A stretch of 64,000 bases of DNA from Candidatus Poribacteria bacterium (GCA_965218095.1 OZ244587.1:5248001-5312000); one strand, 5' to 3'; positions 1-10,967 are shown, counted from the first letter of the stretch. A program made the numbers and translations. The notes: generated by a model from the letters alone, not told the origin.

Positions 1-1209
1 TGAATACTCATTCAAAATGGAGGGTCCAATATGTCTACGAAAAGAATTCGGCACACCGCCAAGTTCAAGTTTACTATTGCTATTGAGGCGATAAGGGCAG
101 ACAAAAGTATCAATCAACTGGCAAGCGAACACCAACTGCACCCCAGCCAAATCAGTCAGTGGAAAAAACAACCCCTTGACCAAGGGAGCCAAATTTTATC
201 TAACATCGCTGCCAAACATCAACTCAAGCAGCACCAAAGGGAGTCAGACCTATATGAACAAATCGGTCGGCTGAATATGGAACTCGACTGGTTGAAAAAA
301 AGCGACCCCATCGAGTTGAACAAAAACGCGCATGGATTGAAGCGAACCATCCTAAGCTGAGTATTCGTCGCCAGTGTGAGTTGCTTGGTTTTTCCCGCTC
401 AACGCTCTACTACCAACCCGCACAAGAATCGGAGGAAAATCTCAGGTTGATGTAGCTGATTGATGAGCAGTATATGAAGACACCCTTTTACGGTAGCCGC
501 CGAATGACCCAATATCTCAAACGCCTTGGCATAGATGTCAATCGCAAGCAGGTTCAGCGACTGATGAAGATACTGGGCATAGAAGCGATTTATCCCAAAC
601 TCAAGTCCTCAGCCATCAACAGCAAGCATCGGATTTACCCATACCTGTTGCGTGATTATGTGGTTGAAACTCCCAATGAGGTCTGGTTAGCAGACATCAC
701 ATATCTACCGATGAATAAAGGGTTTATGTATCTGGTTGCGATACTCGACTGGTATAGTCGTTACGTCATTACTTGGGAGCTATCCAATCGTCTAGAAGGT
801 CAGTTCTGCCTCGACGCCTTGCATCGCGTATTAGCTTGGGCAACCCCTACCATCTTCAATACCGACCAAGGCGTCCAGTTTACCGCCAATGCTTTCACCA
901 ATACTATTGAAACTGCTGGTATTGCTATGAGTATGGATGGCGTGGGTCGAGCCATTGACAACATTTACATCGAGCGGTTTTCGTGCTCCGTCAAGTACGA
1001 AGATGTTTACCAGAAACTCTACCAGACGGGACAAGCCCTTTTTGATGGATTAGCTAACTATATCCGTTTCTATAATGAGCAACGACCGCACCAGAGTCTT
1101 GATTATGCAACGCCGGCTGAGGTGTATCTCGGCTAAAACAGCGTCGGTATATCTCAAACATCTTACTTATTTTTCCATTACTTTGGCCTTGAGCATGGGG
1201 TCCACTTTA
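1..1209 (+). mobile_element. IS3-family insertion sequence (left end outside window), inactivated
   Basis: orfA 31-360 (HTH, ...LYEQIGRLNMELDWLKK) and an A7 slippery run at ~295-301. orfB has an rve/DDE core (WLADITY, FNTDQGVQF, RAIDNIYIER) but an in-frame TAG at 453-455 (LRLM*LIDEQY). Probable right end ...ATGGGGTCCACTTTA at ~1209. Confidence 0.88.
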
Positions 1210-1634
1210 GAGGTAATGGCTCACAACTGTTTGAAGCGTTATTTCGGACTGATATAGTGGGCAAGTGGTAAGCCCAAATAAATCATTATTATGACTATAT
1301 CCGACTCGTCCGACATGCCTTCTTAAGAGGGATAAAAGGGACAAAAGGAACTCTAAGTATATCGTATCTTTGAATTTTTGAAAACATGGGATTAGCTAAG
1401 CTGGTATTTATACCAATACGCTAACGGAGTTGCCATAGTACCCAACGTACAAAGTCAAAAAAGGCTTGGTACAGTGTGAATAACACCAAAAACATAAAGT
1501 ATAAGTTTCTGGTAACAGCAACGAAAAACTTTATGGTATAGGGGGAAGGGCAACAGGTCAAATATATTTTAATCCCTAGAATTAACCCAAGTGGGTTAGT
1601 AACAATTCAAAAGGATGAATTATAATTGACTGGA

Positions 1635-1721
1635 GAGCTGTGTGCAATGAAAGTTGCACGCACGGTTCGGAGAGGGGGATACGGATTCCATGTCATGCGG
1701 AAAACTCGGTCTCTACTCTAC
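1635..1721 (+). mobile_element. Group II intron 3' end (domains V and VI); upstream 1210-1630 is an AT-rich degenerate segment with no intact RT ORF
   Basis: 34-nt DV GAGCTGTGTGCAAT-GAAA-GTTGCACGCACGGTTC (AGC triad, GNRA loop) at 1635-1668, followed by GGAGAGGGG and a DVI ending ...CTCTACTCTAC (AY terminus). Confidence 0.85.
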
Positions 1722-1725
1722 TGGC

Positions 1726-1804
1726 CGGGAGGGTGAGGCTCCCGTGCTCGTCCGAGAATCGGACCAAATCCACGATCAGGCTCGGCGGGAGCCTCGCCCT
1801 CCCC
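1726..1804. repeat. REP/REPIN-like GC-rich inverted repeat downstream of sat
   Basis: CGGGAGGGTGAGGCTCCCG ... CGGGAGCCTCGCCCTCCCC; near-perfect inverted arms of ~18 bp. Confidence 0.7.
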
Positions 1805-1831
1805 GCTGGCCTGCAAACTACCCAACACATT

Positions 1832-3034
1832 TCACGTTTCACGTACTGTCTCTTCTTGATAATATTTCATCAGGATCTCCGCAACTTCAGGGTGCGAGAA
1901 CTCCGGCGGCAACATTTCACCGGACGCCAACATCTCTCTGATCCTCGTGCCCGACAGAAACAGGTAATCTTCTGAACCGTGCGGACAGTCACGCATCATT
2001 ACGATTCGATTGCATTTGTTGCACCACACGGTATGGTCGCCACGGAAGATCGCGATTCCAAGCGCATTTTCGGGAATCTCATCGAAAATCTCCTGTGCAT
2101 CAAATGGACCGTAGTAATCCCCAACTCCTGCGTGATCGCGACCAACAATCAGATGGGTGCAGCCACAATTTTGCCGAAATACTGCGTGTAACACAGCTTC
2201 ACGTGGTCCGGCGTAGAGCATATCGAAGCCATAACCTGTAATAGAGACCGTGTTGTCCGGGAAATACAACTCGACCATTTTGCGGATAGCAGCATCGCGG
2301 ACATGGGCAGGAGTATCCCCCGGCTGTAGCTTGCCAAGCAGCATGTGAATCAGTATCCCGTCAGCGTGAACTTCCCTTTGCGCAATTTTGCATAATTCTT
2401 CATGGGCGCGGTGCATTGGGTTCCGTGTTTGAAAAGCAACAACTGTATTCCATCCTCTTTTTGCGATGTGTTCTCGGATCTCCACGGCAGTACGGAAGGT
2501 CTCAGGAAAGTCGGATTGGAAGTAGGAATAATTGAGTACCTGTATGGGGCCGGAGATAACCTGATTTCCCATCTCAGCAAAGGTTGCTACGCCCGGATGT
2601 CCGGAATCTGTTGTCCGAAAAATCTTCTCAATCAGGAATGTCTTTTGTTCATCGGAAATCTCTTCAATCGCTGAAACCTCCACGATTGCAAGAGGTGGAT
2701 GGCCTTCCACATTCGGATCAAGCAGCGCAATCCGTTCAACATTTTTGATCGCATCGGTGACCTGCTCTGCCTTGACAATATTCATTACCGGGATGGGCCA
2801 AAACAGACCGTTGGGCAGCGTCATATTTTCAGCAACACTTGTCGCTTCGGCGATGTTCATGTAGCCCGTGAGGGGGTTAAAATAGCCTGAACCGAGCATC
2901 ACCACAGATGCGGCAGCCCCGGAGGATATCAGGATGGAAGGCAGGTTGTCAGCCTCTTGAATAAGCTCGGCGCGTTGGACGTCATCTGCAACGTAAATCG
3001 GATTCAAATTTTCAGATCCATGCGGTTTGATCAT
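1832..3034 (-). CDS. sat: Sulfate adenylyltransferase (ATP sulfurylase, Sat type)
   Basis: VVAFQTRNPMHRAHE, MLYAGPREAVLHA, GRDHAGVG and SGT motifs; 400 aa; AGGAG RBS. Confidence 0.96.
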   Translation of the reverse strand: MIKPHGSENLNPIYVADDVQRAELIQEADNLPSILISSGAAASVVMLGSGYFNPLTGYMNIAEATSVAENMTLPNGLFWPIPVMNIVKAEQVTDAIKNVERIALLDPNVEGHPPLAIVEVSAIEEISDEQKTFLIEKIFRTTDSGHPGVATFAEMGNQVISGPIQVLNYSYFQSDFPETFRTAVEIREHIAKRGWNTVVAFQTRNPMHRAHEELCKIAQREVHADGILIHMLLGKLQPGDTPAHVRDAAIRKMVELYFPDNTVSITGYGFDMLYAGPREAVLHAVFRQNCGCTHLIVGRDHAGVGDYYGPFDAQEIFDEIPENALGIAIFRGDHTVWCNKCNRIVMMRDCPHGSEDYLFLSGTRIREMLASGEMLPPEFSHPEVAEILMKYYQEETVRET

Positions 3035-3273
3035 TTAGTTCTCCTTAATTTTTATGAAGGACTTCAGATGACATTATTAGCTTTGCAAATTTGAGAATTG
3101 CCCCCAGAACAAGTATGATAACGAATTTGCGAGTCGTTGTCAATTGGTTTCAACAGTAACCAGAAATTCTGGGGCGAAACCTGATATTGTTTTTCAGCCC
3201 GATTGGTGCTATAATTAGGAAATTTCCTTAATGCATTCATACGATGTTCCTGATAATGAAAGGATAGAAAACT

Positions 3274-4299
3274 TTGCCGAACCAAACCACAAGAGTACGC
3301 GCAGCAATCGTCGTCCTCGGCTGGCCCGGAATACAGCACCTGAAAGGGTATATCGCTTGCAAACGATCCGAAGTGGTCGCCGTTTGTGATCTCGACGAAA
3401 AACGGTGCAAGGAAGTTGCGAAAGAATACGATGTGCCACAAATCTTCACGAATCACCGACGGATGCTGGAGAACAACGAAATTGATTTGGTCAGCGTGTG
3501 CCTGCCGAATTTCTTGCATGCGCCAATCTCAATCGACGCGCTGAATGCGGGGAAACACGTCCTCTGCGAGAAACCGCCTGCAACCACGGTGCAAGAAGCC
3601 CAGACGATGGCGGATGTGGCTGAGAAAAATAGATGCGTCTTGATGTACGCCCTGGTCCAACGTTTTGACGGACATGCCCAATTGCTCAAACGGATGATTG
3701 ATGCCGGAGAATTTGGAGAGGTCTATTTCGGGAAAGCCGGCTATATCCGTCGGCGCGGCATCTTGATGGGGCGCGAAGGATGGTTCGTCGATAAAGCGAG
3801 ATCCGGTGGCGGCGCACTCATTGACATCGGGGTTCACGCACTCGATTGTGTTTGGTGGTTGATGGGTTCACCGGAGCCTGTGGCGATTATCGGGGCAGCC
3901 TACTCAAAGTTTGGACACCTCGTGCCGAAAGATGTCAAATACGATGTAGACGATGCAACCTTCGCACAGATCCGATTCGAGAATGAGGCAACGATTGTGC
4001 TGGAGGCGACATGGGCGCTCAATCTGCCCGGCGGTGGCTATATCTAGGTTGCGGGAACAAAAGCAGGCGCTCAACTGAACCCACTCACAATCTACACAGA
4101 GGAAAACGGTAAAGAAATCAACAGAACACCAGAGGCACCAGCCGTGAACAGTTTTGATGAAGAAACCAGGCACTTCGTGGATTGTATTTTGGATGGCAGT
4201 GAGCCGATTTCATCAGCACGTCAAGGGGTTATGTTGATGCAAATGCTTGATGGCATCTACGCATCATCCGAGAAAAAAGGCGAAATCCTTCTGGAGTAG
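3274..4299 (+). pseudogene. Gfo/Idh/MocA oxidoreductase with internal nonsense codon
   Basis: GKHVLCEKP and GGGALIDIGVH motifs. TAG at 4045-4047, after which the frame continues (FDEETRHFVDCILDG...LDGIYASS) to TAG at 4299. Confidence 0.85.
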
Positions 4300-4354
4300 C
4301 GAATCCACAAATGGGCAAATCACGCGTATTATGCATTACGTTCACATTATCTTA

Positions 4355-6234
4355 ACGACTTGTGCTAGGTTCTGTTGACATTTGAGTATAAGGTTGTGGC
4401 ATAATAGAAGAATGATGCCAATAACCTTACCCGATGACCAATGGAAAAAGATATACTCGTTTCTTCTAACTTGTCCCAACATCTATGTTGGCAACGAAGC
4501 GACAACACGCCGCTTTATCGAAACTGTTCTCTGGGCGACCCGTAGCGGTGCTCAATGGAGACTTCTGCTAGACACCTATGGTAAATGGAACACCCTCTAT
4601 AAGCGGTTTGCTCGGTGGTGCGACAAAGGGGTCTTCACACAGATCCACCCCCACTTCGCCGCCGACCCCGATATCGAGTCGCTTATTGTGGACAGTACAA
4701 TCATTCGAGCGCACCTGTGTGCGGCAGGTGCCGAAAAAAAAAGGGTGGCACTGAAAACCAAGCGTTAGGCTGCTCTCGCGGGGGATTCAGTACAAAAATT
4801 CACATCACCGTTGACGGCCTGGGTAATCCCCTAAGAATACATCTGACGCCCGGTCAAAGAAACGACATAGCGGAAGCAGAAGCGTTGATACTTGGATATA
4901 AAAGCGAGTATGTGATTGGAGACATGGAGACAAGGGATATGACTCCGACAATTTTATCGCGGTTATTGAGGCGAATGGAGCGATTGCGGTGATACCGCCC
5001 AAAAGTCATCGTGTGGATCAAAGAGATTACGACAAACATCTGTACAAAGAGAGACATCGGGTTGAATGTTTCATTAACAAGATAAAATGGTATCGCCGCA
5101 TCTTCTCTCGGTTCGAGAAGTTAGCTATCCGTTATTTTGGATTTCTCAGCTTTGTCTCCACTCTTATATGGCTCCCTTGAAATGTCAACAGAACCTAGTT
5201 AAAAGGCAAAGGAAGTGCTATCCTTTGAGAGAAGTTACTTATCTCGAATGAAAGAGAGGAAGCATTTCAATGGAGTTATGTCAAAAGCGGAGTGCCGCTT
5301 TCGCACAAGAAGGAATCACGTCGCTGAATCTCGAAGACTTGCTGAGTGTGAGTTTCATTGTTATTGATGATTTGTATGAACACCATTTCCCCGATGGAAT
5401 GCCCCATCGGGGTGTCCCCAATAGCAACCTAGCCGACAGTGAAGTAATAACCATCGCTTGGGTCGGTGAGATGGTTAGCATTGATAGTCAACGGGTTGGT
5501 ATAACCTTGTCAAAAAGGAGTTCTGCCATCTATTTCCGCATTTACCTGAGTGAACTCGATTTAATCGTCGGCGTCGTAATCTGTCGGGAGTAAGTGGAAA
5601 ACTTAGACAAGCACTCAACGATGAACTTCCGTTAAACGACATCTTCATTGTTGATAGCTTGCCTGTCCCCCTCCGTGACTTTAAGCGTGCGCATTCTTCC
5701 ACATCGCCTCTCAAGTGTCAGGACCTACGGGTATTGTGAAACTAAAAGATTGGGTACATTCTTAGGATTTCGCGTTCATCTAATCATCAAGGCGTACCCC
5801 TCGCTTTTTCCGTACCCAATGCCAATGTTGATGAGCGGGAGGTACTTTCGACGATGTGTGAAACAGGCGATTATCCCCTGATAATTGGAGACAAAGGTTA
5901 CATTTCAGACCCATTGAGTGAGATGCTCCTTGAGTTGGATGGGATTCGCTTATTCGCTATCAAGCGTGAGAATCAGAAGTCACAACATACGCCACAACTC
6001 CGGCGGAATCTCAATTGGATTCGGAGATGAATTGAAACTACCATCAATCAACTCAATGACCAGTTTCATCTCTGTCGAATCAGAGCGCGTTATCATTGGG
6101 ACATGTTGACCCGAATTATTGATAAGCTAGCAGGGTTCAGCTTAGCAGTTTTGCTCAACCGCAGTCTAGGACGACCGCTTATGGAAATCAAAGACTTAGT
6201 TTTCGCATAGCCTATATCAACTAGCACAAGTCGT
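4355..6234 (+). mobile_element. IS982-family element (degenerate transposase 5270-6210) with IS5 copy 1 inserted in its left TIR
   Basis: TIR ACGACTTGTGCTAGTT (split by IS5) / AACTAGCACAAGTCGT. Flanks TATCTTA/TAGCTTA. Fragments LADSEVITI, SRF-like motif, IVDSLPVP, GDKGYIS, IETTINQL in several frames. Confidence 0.82.
4368..5195 (+). mobile_element. IS5-family element copy 1 (two-ORF type), frameshifted
   Basis: 16-bp TIRs GGTTCTGTTGACATTT/AAATGTCAACAGAACC and TA duplication. orfA has WRLL..YGKWNTLYKRFARW; orfB is DDE. An 8-bp duplication TGGAGACA at ~4917-4932 breaks orfB. Confidence 0.93.
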
Positions 6235-6258
6235 TAGCTTAACACATTGTTAACAATA

Positions 6259-6314
6259 ACCCAAGTTGCTAGTAATTGAAAACCCATGGATTTTCAATTA
6301 CTAGCAACTTGGGT
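6259..6314. mobile_element. 56-bp near-perfect palindrome made of two IS982 left ends
   Basis: ACCCAAGTTGCTAGTAATTGAAAA-C-CCATGG-A-TTTTCAATTACTAGCAACTTGGGT; the arm is identical to the left end of the IS982 at 35752. Confidence 0.85.
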
Positions 6315-6590
6315 TACCTCTGCAATTTTGGAATAGATCTCTTGGCGCCGCTGCTGTTTGACATCCTCGAATACAACTACAGGCGTGGGATTTGCACTCA
6401 AGGAGAGATCCAACTCCGCGATGCGATGGGTGAGGTTATGCTTCAGGAGGGGATGTACGGTTACCTTGTACAAGGCAACCGTTATGACACAGGCAACCCA
6501 CAAGACCTTCTCAAAACAATCGTGGCTTGGGGGCTGCGAGGTCCATATCGGAAGGCGATTGAGCAAGCAATCTGGAAAGGAAATAAGTAA
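6312..6590 (+). pseudogene. 3' fragment of UTP-glucose-1-phosphate uridylyltransferase (GalU-like)
   Basis: GEIQLRDAM...G.RYDTGNP C-terminal motifs; the N-terminal portion is absent and replaced by IS-end sequence. Confidence 0.7.
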
Positions 6591-6701
6591 GATTAGGCTG
6601 TGTTGACGCCTGCCGTGATATACCCAGCGTCGGGTAAAATTGCGTTTTTTCTCGGCAAAAATCGCGTATAACTCACTACCTGACGTATGTGATCCCTAAT
6701 A

Positions 6702-7703
6702 TCACAGGTCTGCGATGATGCGAGTTGTTCCCGAAAACACCTCGCCCGGCTTGAGAACGATTATCCTCGCATCAATTCCGCTCGCTTCGAGATTAATGGC
6801 GTTCGTCGGGCAGGTATACGGTTCAAAACAGATCGATGATCGATCCGGTGGTGTGTAGACCACCAACTCTCGGAACTGTGCGTCGGATTCCAATATCATA
6901 CGGAGGCCTAAGTCCTGATCATCAATGACACAACGACTGACGCCATCTGAAAGGATGACCCCCGTCAAAACATCGTCAAACTGCCTCCCCGCAAGCGGCT
7001 TTCTCTCTCGAAGATCATAATCTCCCTCCAAATCAAAGATCCTTCCTGTCGGTAGGAATTCATCAAGCTCCCAATACTTCGACGCCGGCACGGTGATCAA
7101 GCACCTCTCAGGCGAAGAGCTCGATGACAGTGGCACACGAAAATAGGGATGGATGCCAAACCCCATCGGCATATTGCGATCTCCGGTATTTTTGACATTG
7201 ACCCCCATTGTCAAGATTGCTTCCTTGAGGATATACGTTATTTGAATTTCGAATGGAAGCGGATACTGACGCATGATCTCTGGAAATTCGCGTGAATCCA
7301 AACGGCAGACGATTGAAGCATCATTCTCTGCATCCGCACTCGTGCATTCAACGTGGTAGGGTTGACTCAACAACAGTCCATGAATCGAGTTGGGAGCTCC
7401 CAGTTTCTGGTCGAATGTATACGCTTTACCGTCAAACGTAAATTTCCCCTCACGAATACGGTTCGGAAAAGGGAATAAAATTGGGTTGCCATACCTCGTT
7501 GGCTGGGCTTTCAGTGTATCCAGATCAGGCGGTGGGTCTAGCAGGTCTATCCATTCTCCGTTGACAGGAAGCCCAAAACTGTAGCAGTTATTCCCAAGAC
7601 TCGGCGTGATCCTCGCCTCCGCTTTTGTGGCGTCATCTCGCAAGACGTAAACTTCAATACCATCAATCTCAGTCAGATCAACGGCATAACGTGATTGGTT
7701 CAT
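6702..7703 (-). CDS. Aldose 1-epimerase family protein
   Basis: GNPILFPFPNRI, IHG, GFGIHPYF, ICFEP motifs. Confidence 0.92.
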   Translation of the reverse strand: MNQSRYAVDLTEIDGIEVYVLRDDATKAEARITPSLGNNCYSFGLPVNGEWIDLLDPPPDLDTLKAQPTRYGNPILFPFPNRIREGKFTFDGKAYTFDQKLGAPNSIHGLLLSQPYHVECTSADAENDASIVCRLDSREFPEIMRQYPLPFEIQITYILKEAILTMGVNVKNTGDRNMPMGFGIHPYFRVPLSSSSSPERCLITVPASKYWELDEFLPTGRIFDLEGDYDLRERKPLAGRQFDDVLTGVILSDGVSRCVIDDQDLGLRMILESDAQFRELVVYTPPDRSSICFEPYTCPTNAINLEASGIDARIIVLKPGEVFSGTTRIIADL

Positions 7704-7717
7704 TTTTCCCTCCGTAA

Positions 7718-7816
7718 TGAAGTGACCTCAATTTTCTGGACACTTTTTTGAGGATTTTAAGTGGGGTTTTAGCCGTACTAAAGTTTGGACAAGTGTGCCA
7801 AAGTGTCTAAAGTGAG
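7718..7816 (+). mobile_element. Isolated IS-end remnants (IS3-like end, then a solo copy of the 29486-29719 MITE end)
   Basis: TGAAGTGACCTCAATTTTCTGGACAC at 7718. CTAAAGTTTGGACAAGTGTGCCAAAGTGTCTAAAGTGAG at 7778 matches the reverse complement of 29682-29719. Confidence 0.55.
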
Positions 7817-7886
7817 TCAACGCACAAGTGGGAAAGTGTGAAGGTGAGAAGAAGATTAAATCTCACTTTCTCCCTTTCCCACTTTG

Positions 7887-8033
7887 ATGGAAAGCCAGAC
7901 CGACATACGTGTTAGTACGCTACATCGGGTCTTATCCGCCATGGGCGCCACACTTAAAATCGTCGCCCAGTTTCCTGATGACGAGGTTGTCATTAATCAG
8001 TTCGATCGGGTTCAAGCGCGTGATGGTGCATGA
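7887..8033 (+). pseudogene. C-terminal fragment of XRE/HigA-like antitoxin
   Basis: Manual translation MESQTDIRVSTLHRVLSAMGATLKIVAQFPDDEVVINQF resembles the C-terminal half of XRE antitoxins; the HTH start and a cognate toxin are missing. Confidence 0.6.
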
Positions 8034-8217
8034 CTATCTTTCGGAAATTGATATGAAGCATTGCGCAAATTTTGCACAATTGCGTAAACCTTGCATGGGG
8101 AGGCGGAGCATTTTTTCAGAGAGAATTTCCAATCAATCCTTGTATCTTTGAGCCTTTCGTAACCTGAGCGAGTTGGTATACTTCTTGCCTATGCAATAAT
8201 CGCTCTAATGATATAAC

Positions 8218-8802
8218 ATGAAAGCAGAGCATAACATCATGGCTCAAGAACTAAGGCGCAAAAGTATTCATCTGTTAGGACTGGCTGTTCCCATCGGTTA
8301 CGCTTTCACAACGCGGCAAACCACCCTTATCATTGTTGGCTTCCTCGTGGCTGTCGCTTTGTTGGTTGAATTGCTGAAAGTGCTCTCTCCAGCCTTTCGG
8401 AATCTGTTTGTACGGATGTTCTCCCCAATGTTGCGCTCCCGTGAGCGGAAGGGCGAATTCACCGGTGCCACATACTACCTCATCGGATCTTTTCTCTGTA
8501 TTCTTTTTTTTGACAAAACACTGGCAATCGTTTGTCTTTGTTTCCTCACTTTGGGAGATCTATTTGCGGCGGTGATTGGTAAGCAATGGGGACGGATTAA
8601 GCTCTTTTCCCGAAAAAGCTTAGAAGGCAGTCTTGCCTGTTTCATCGTGTGTGCACTGATTGCGCTGCTCATGAAATTCCATCCGGCCGTTGCAATCACC
8701 GGGGCGGTTGTCGCAACGCTAATTGAACTCCTACCCATTGGATTAGACGATAATTTGACGATGCCGTTGATTTCAGGCCTGGTAATGGAACTGCTGATTT
8801 AA
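8218..8802 (+). CDS. CTP-dependent phytol/dolichol/diacylglycerol kinase family membrane protein
   Basis: ELRRKSIH, GDLFAAVIG, KSLEGS, DDNL motifs; multi-TM. Confidence 0.9.
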   Translation: MKAEHNIMAQELRRKSIHLLGLAVPIGYAFTTRQTTLIIVGFLVAVALLVELLKVLSPAFRNLFVRMFSPMLRSRERKGEFTGATYYLIGSFLCILFFDKTLAIVCLCFLTLGDLFAAVIGKQWGRIKLFSRKSLEGSLACFIVCALIALLMKFHPAVAITGAVVATLIELLPIGLDDNLTMPLISGLVMELLI

Positions 8803-9000
8803 TCTCCCTTGGACACTATTTTCCCACCGTTGAGTCCCATCCCCTCAAGGCTATTCGTTGTCCAAATATGCTCTCAACCGATCTATCTATCACTATATAC
8901 CATTTCGCAACCGGAATGGTATAATATAGCATCAACATGGGTGCCCCTTTCCATCAAGGGTTTGAAACAAGATGCAGCACAGACAATTTGGAGTGATTAA

Positions 9001-9636
9001 ATGCAGATTATATTGGAGTGTTTGGTTGTCCCTCCTTTTCAGTCAAATTGCTGGATACTCGGTTGTGAGGAGACGCGGGAGGGTGTCGTGATCGATCCGG
9101 GGGACGAAGCCGGTATCCTGAAAACCTTGAAAGCACACAAGCTGACACCCAAATATCTCATCCACACGCATGGGCATCTGGATCACGTCTCCGCCACAGC
9201 CGCTATCCAACGAGAGACTGGAGCGCCGGTGTTAATCCACGAAGCTGACCAGATCCTTCTGGATAACCTAACGCTGCAAGGGACGACGTTTGGGCTTTCA
9301 GCGCCAGAGTCGCCAACTGTAGACCAATACATTCACGAAGGAGAACGAATTTCATTTGGACAGTTTACCCTGTCTGTCCTCGAAACTCCAGGACATAGTC
9401 CCGGCGGTATCTGTTTGAAACTTGAAGGGGAGAAGATCCTGTTCGTTGGCGATACCCTCTTTCAGGGCAGTATCGGACGGACGGATCTCTGGGGAGGGAA
9501 CTATGAACAATTACTGGATTCGATTTGGGGAAAGCTGTGGCCGCTGGATGACAATACGGTTGTTTATCCTGGACACGGTCCAAGTACCACAATTGGCACC
9601 GAGAAGCGTGAGAATCCATTTCTGCAAGGATTGTAA
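9001..9636 (+). CDS. MBL-fold metallo-hydrolase (glyoxalase II/YcbL-like)
   Basis: THGHLDH, TPGHSPG, GDTLF, PGHG motifs. Confidence 0.93.
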   Translation: MQIILECLVVPPFQSNCWILGCEETREGVVIDPGDEAGILKTLKAHKLTPKYLIHTHGHLDHVSATAAIQRETGAPVLIHEADQILLDNLTLQGTTFGLSAPESPTVDQYIHEGERISFGQFTLSVLETPGHSPGGICLKLEGEKILFVGDTLFQGSIGRTDLWGGNYEQLLDSIWGKLWPLDDNTVVYPGHGPSTTIGTEKRENPFLQGL

Positions 9637-10018
9637 AGAGGAGATGTATATGATACACTTAGGACTTACACAGCCGATGTGCAGAACCTGCAATTTCACC
9701 GTATCCTGAATCTTGAATCCTGAATCGGATACAAGATGCAAGAGACAAGATGCACAGGAGGTTGGGAGTATAATCAGCCGGTTCAATTGCGTAAGTCCTG
9801 ACACTGTCAGTAGTTACTACAGGCTGGAGAAATTCAGGTTGTGGTTGGTGATGCATCACGAGATGGCGCTGGCAGCAACATCGCGGCGTAAGTTTTGATT
9901 TCTTGTCTGCTGCTCTAGACCGTCTCTCTGTTTCTCCTGTCTCAAAGGGGAAGATGCAGAGGGGGGCTGCAGGTTCATAATTTCTGCCGACATGCTAACA
10001 TGATCGAGGTGGACGCGA

Positions 10019-10774
10019 TTAGTAGCCGATGCTTTTCAGGTAAGCTCGGTTGATCTGCATCTTGTCCTCGTCGGTGCGGGCTGTTCCTCCCGGACAGACG
10101 GTAATCCAATTCTTATAACTAACGTCTGCTAATGCCTCCAGAAAAGCCGGAAAGTCACACATGGGGCCTTCACCCAGTTCGACGTTACGGCCGTCTTTAT
10201 GGTCGTGGAGGTGGACATAGTCCATACGGTCCCGATAATCGTAAACAGCCTGCACAGGGTCGTAACCCCAGTGGACGGCATGAGACATATCGAGGCAGAG
10301 GCGGCAACGGTCAAGCCGGGTCATGAACCGCTTCCACTCATCGGCGCTGTCCACCACATGGCCGGTGTGGGGGTGGAAAGTGACGGTGACGCCGAGGGGT
10401 TCAGCATAAATGGCGAGGTCTTCGTAGATGGCGGCCATCCGGTCCAGGTCATCGTCGGTGGTGGGGCTGTCGAGACGTCCCGGCCCCTTGGTCATAAAGG
10501 TGGGGACCTCAAGGTCGGAGGCGAATTCAATCCGGCGTTTGTTGATTTCGTGGTCCGGATCTGTTGTGCTGAGAGTGACATTGGGACCACAAATGGCAGC
10601 AACTTTTATACCAACAGCATCGCAGATCCGGCGAACTCGACAGGCCGAACCGAGCCAGTCGAGGGACTGCCGGGCCTCCCAACCTTCCCATCCGGCTTCT
10701 CGGATGTGTACGAGGTTCTGTTCCAGGTTGGGCGTTTGCCAATGGAGGCCGCTGTAGGCAAGTGGGAATGACAT
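10019..10774 (-). CDS. Sugar phosphate isomerase/epimerase (xylose-isomerase-like TIM barrel)
   Basis: FHPH, LCLDMSH, YVHLHD, LGEG motifs. Confidence 0.85.
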   Translation of the reverse strand: MSFPLAYSGLHWQTPNLEQNLVHIREAGWEGWEARQSLDWLGSACRVRRICDAVGIKVAAICGPNVTLSTTDPDHEINKRRIEFASDLEVPTFMTKGPGRLDSPTTDDDLDRMAAIYEDLAIYAEPLGVTVTFHPHTGHVVDSADEWKRFMTRLDRCRLCLDMSHAVHWGYDPVQAVYDYRDRMDYVHLHDHKDGRNVELGEGPMCDFPAFLEALADVSYKNWITVCPGGTARTDEDKMQINRAYLKSIGY

Positions 10775-10897
10775 AGGGTCTCCTTTCTGTTTTCAACAAA
10801 TAATAGTTTACGGTTCAACACCCTGCCATAACAGGCGATTTATAGTATTGTACGACAACATAGCGCGGTATGCAATGAGAAAGGAAGTAATTTAGAG

Positions 10898-10926
10898 TTG
10901 AGATTAGTCGTAAATTGTGATAGAAT
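10898..10926 (+). promoter_or_regulatory. Sigma70-type promoter for the radical SAM/ECF operon
   Basis: TTGAGA-17 bp-TAGAAT with TG extended -10. Confidence 0.6.
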
Positions 10927-10967
10927 TAACTGTTTTTTAAGTGCTTACTTTGCAAATTACAAAGATA

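Noticed and set aside
1210-1630. Retron, DGR or intact intron reverse transcriptase
   Set aside because: No open frame with YADD or other RT motifs, and no TR/VR pair seen.
9713-9898. RAYT transposase fragment (VGSIISRF)
   Set aside because: Single short motif in a repeat-derived frame; insufficient evidence.
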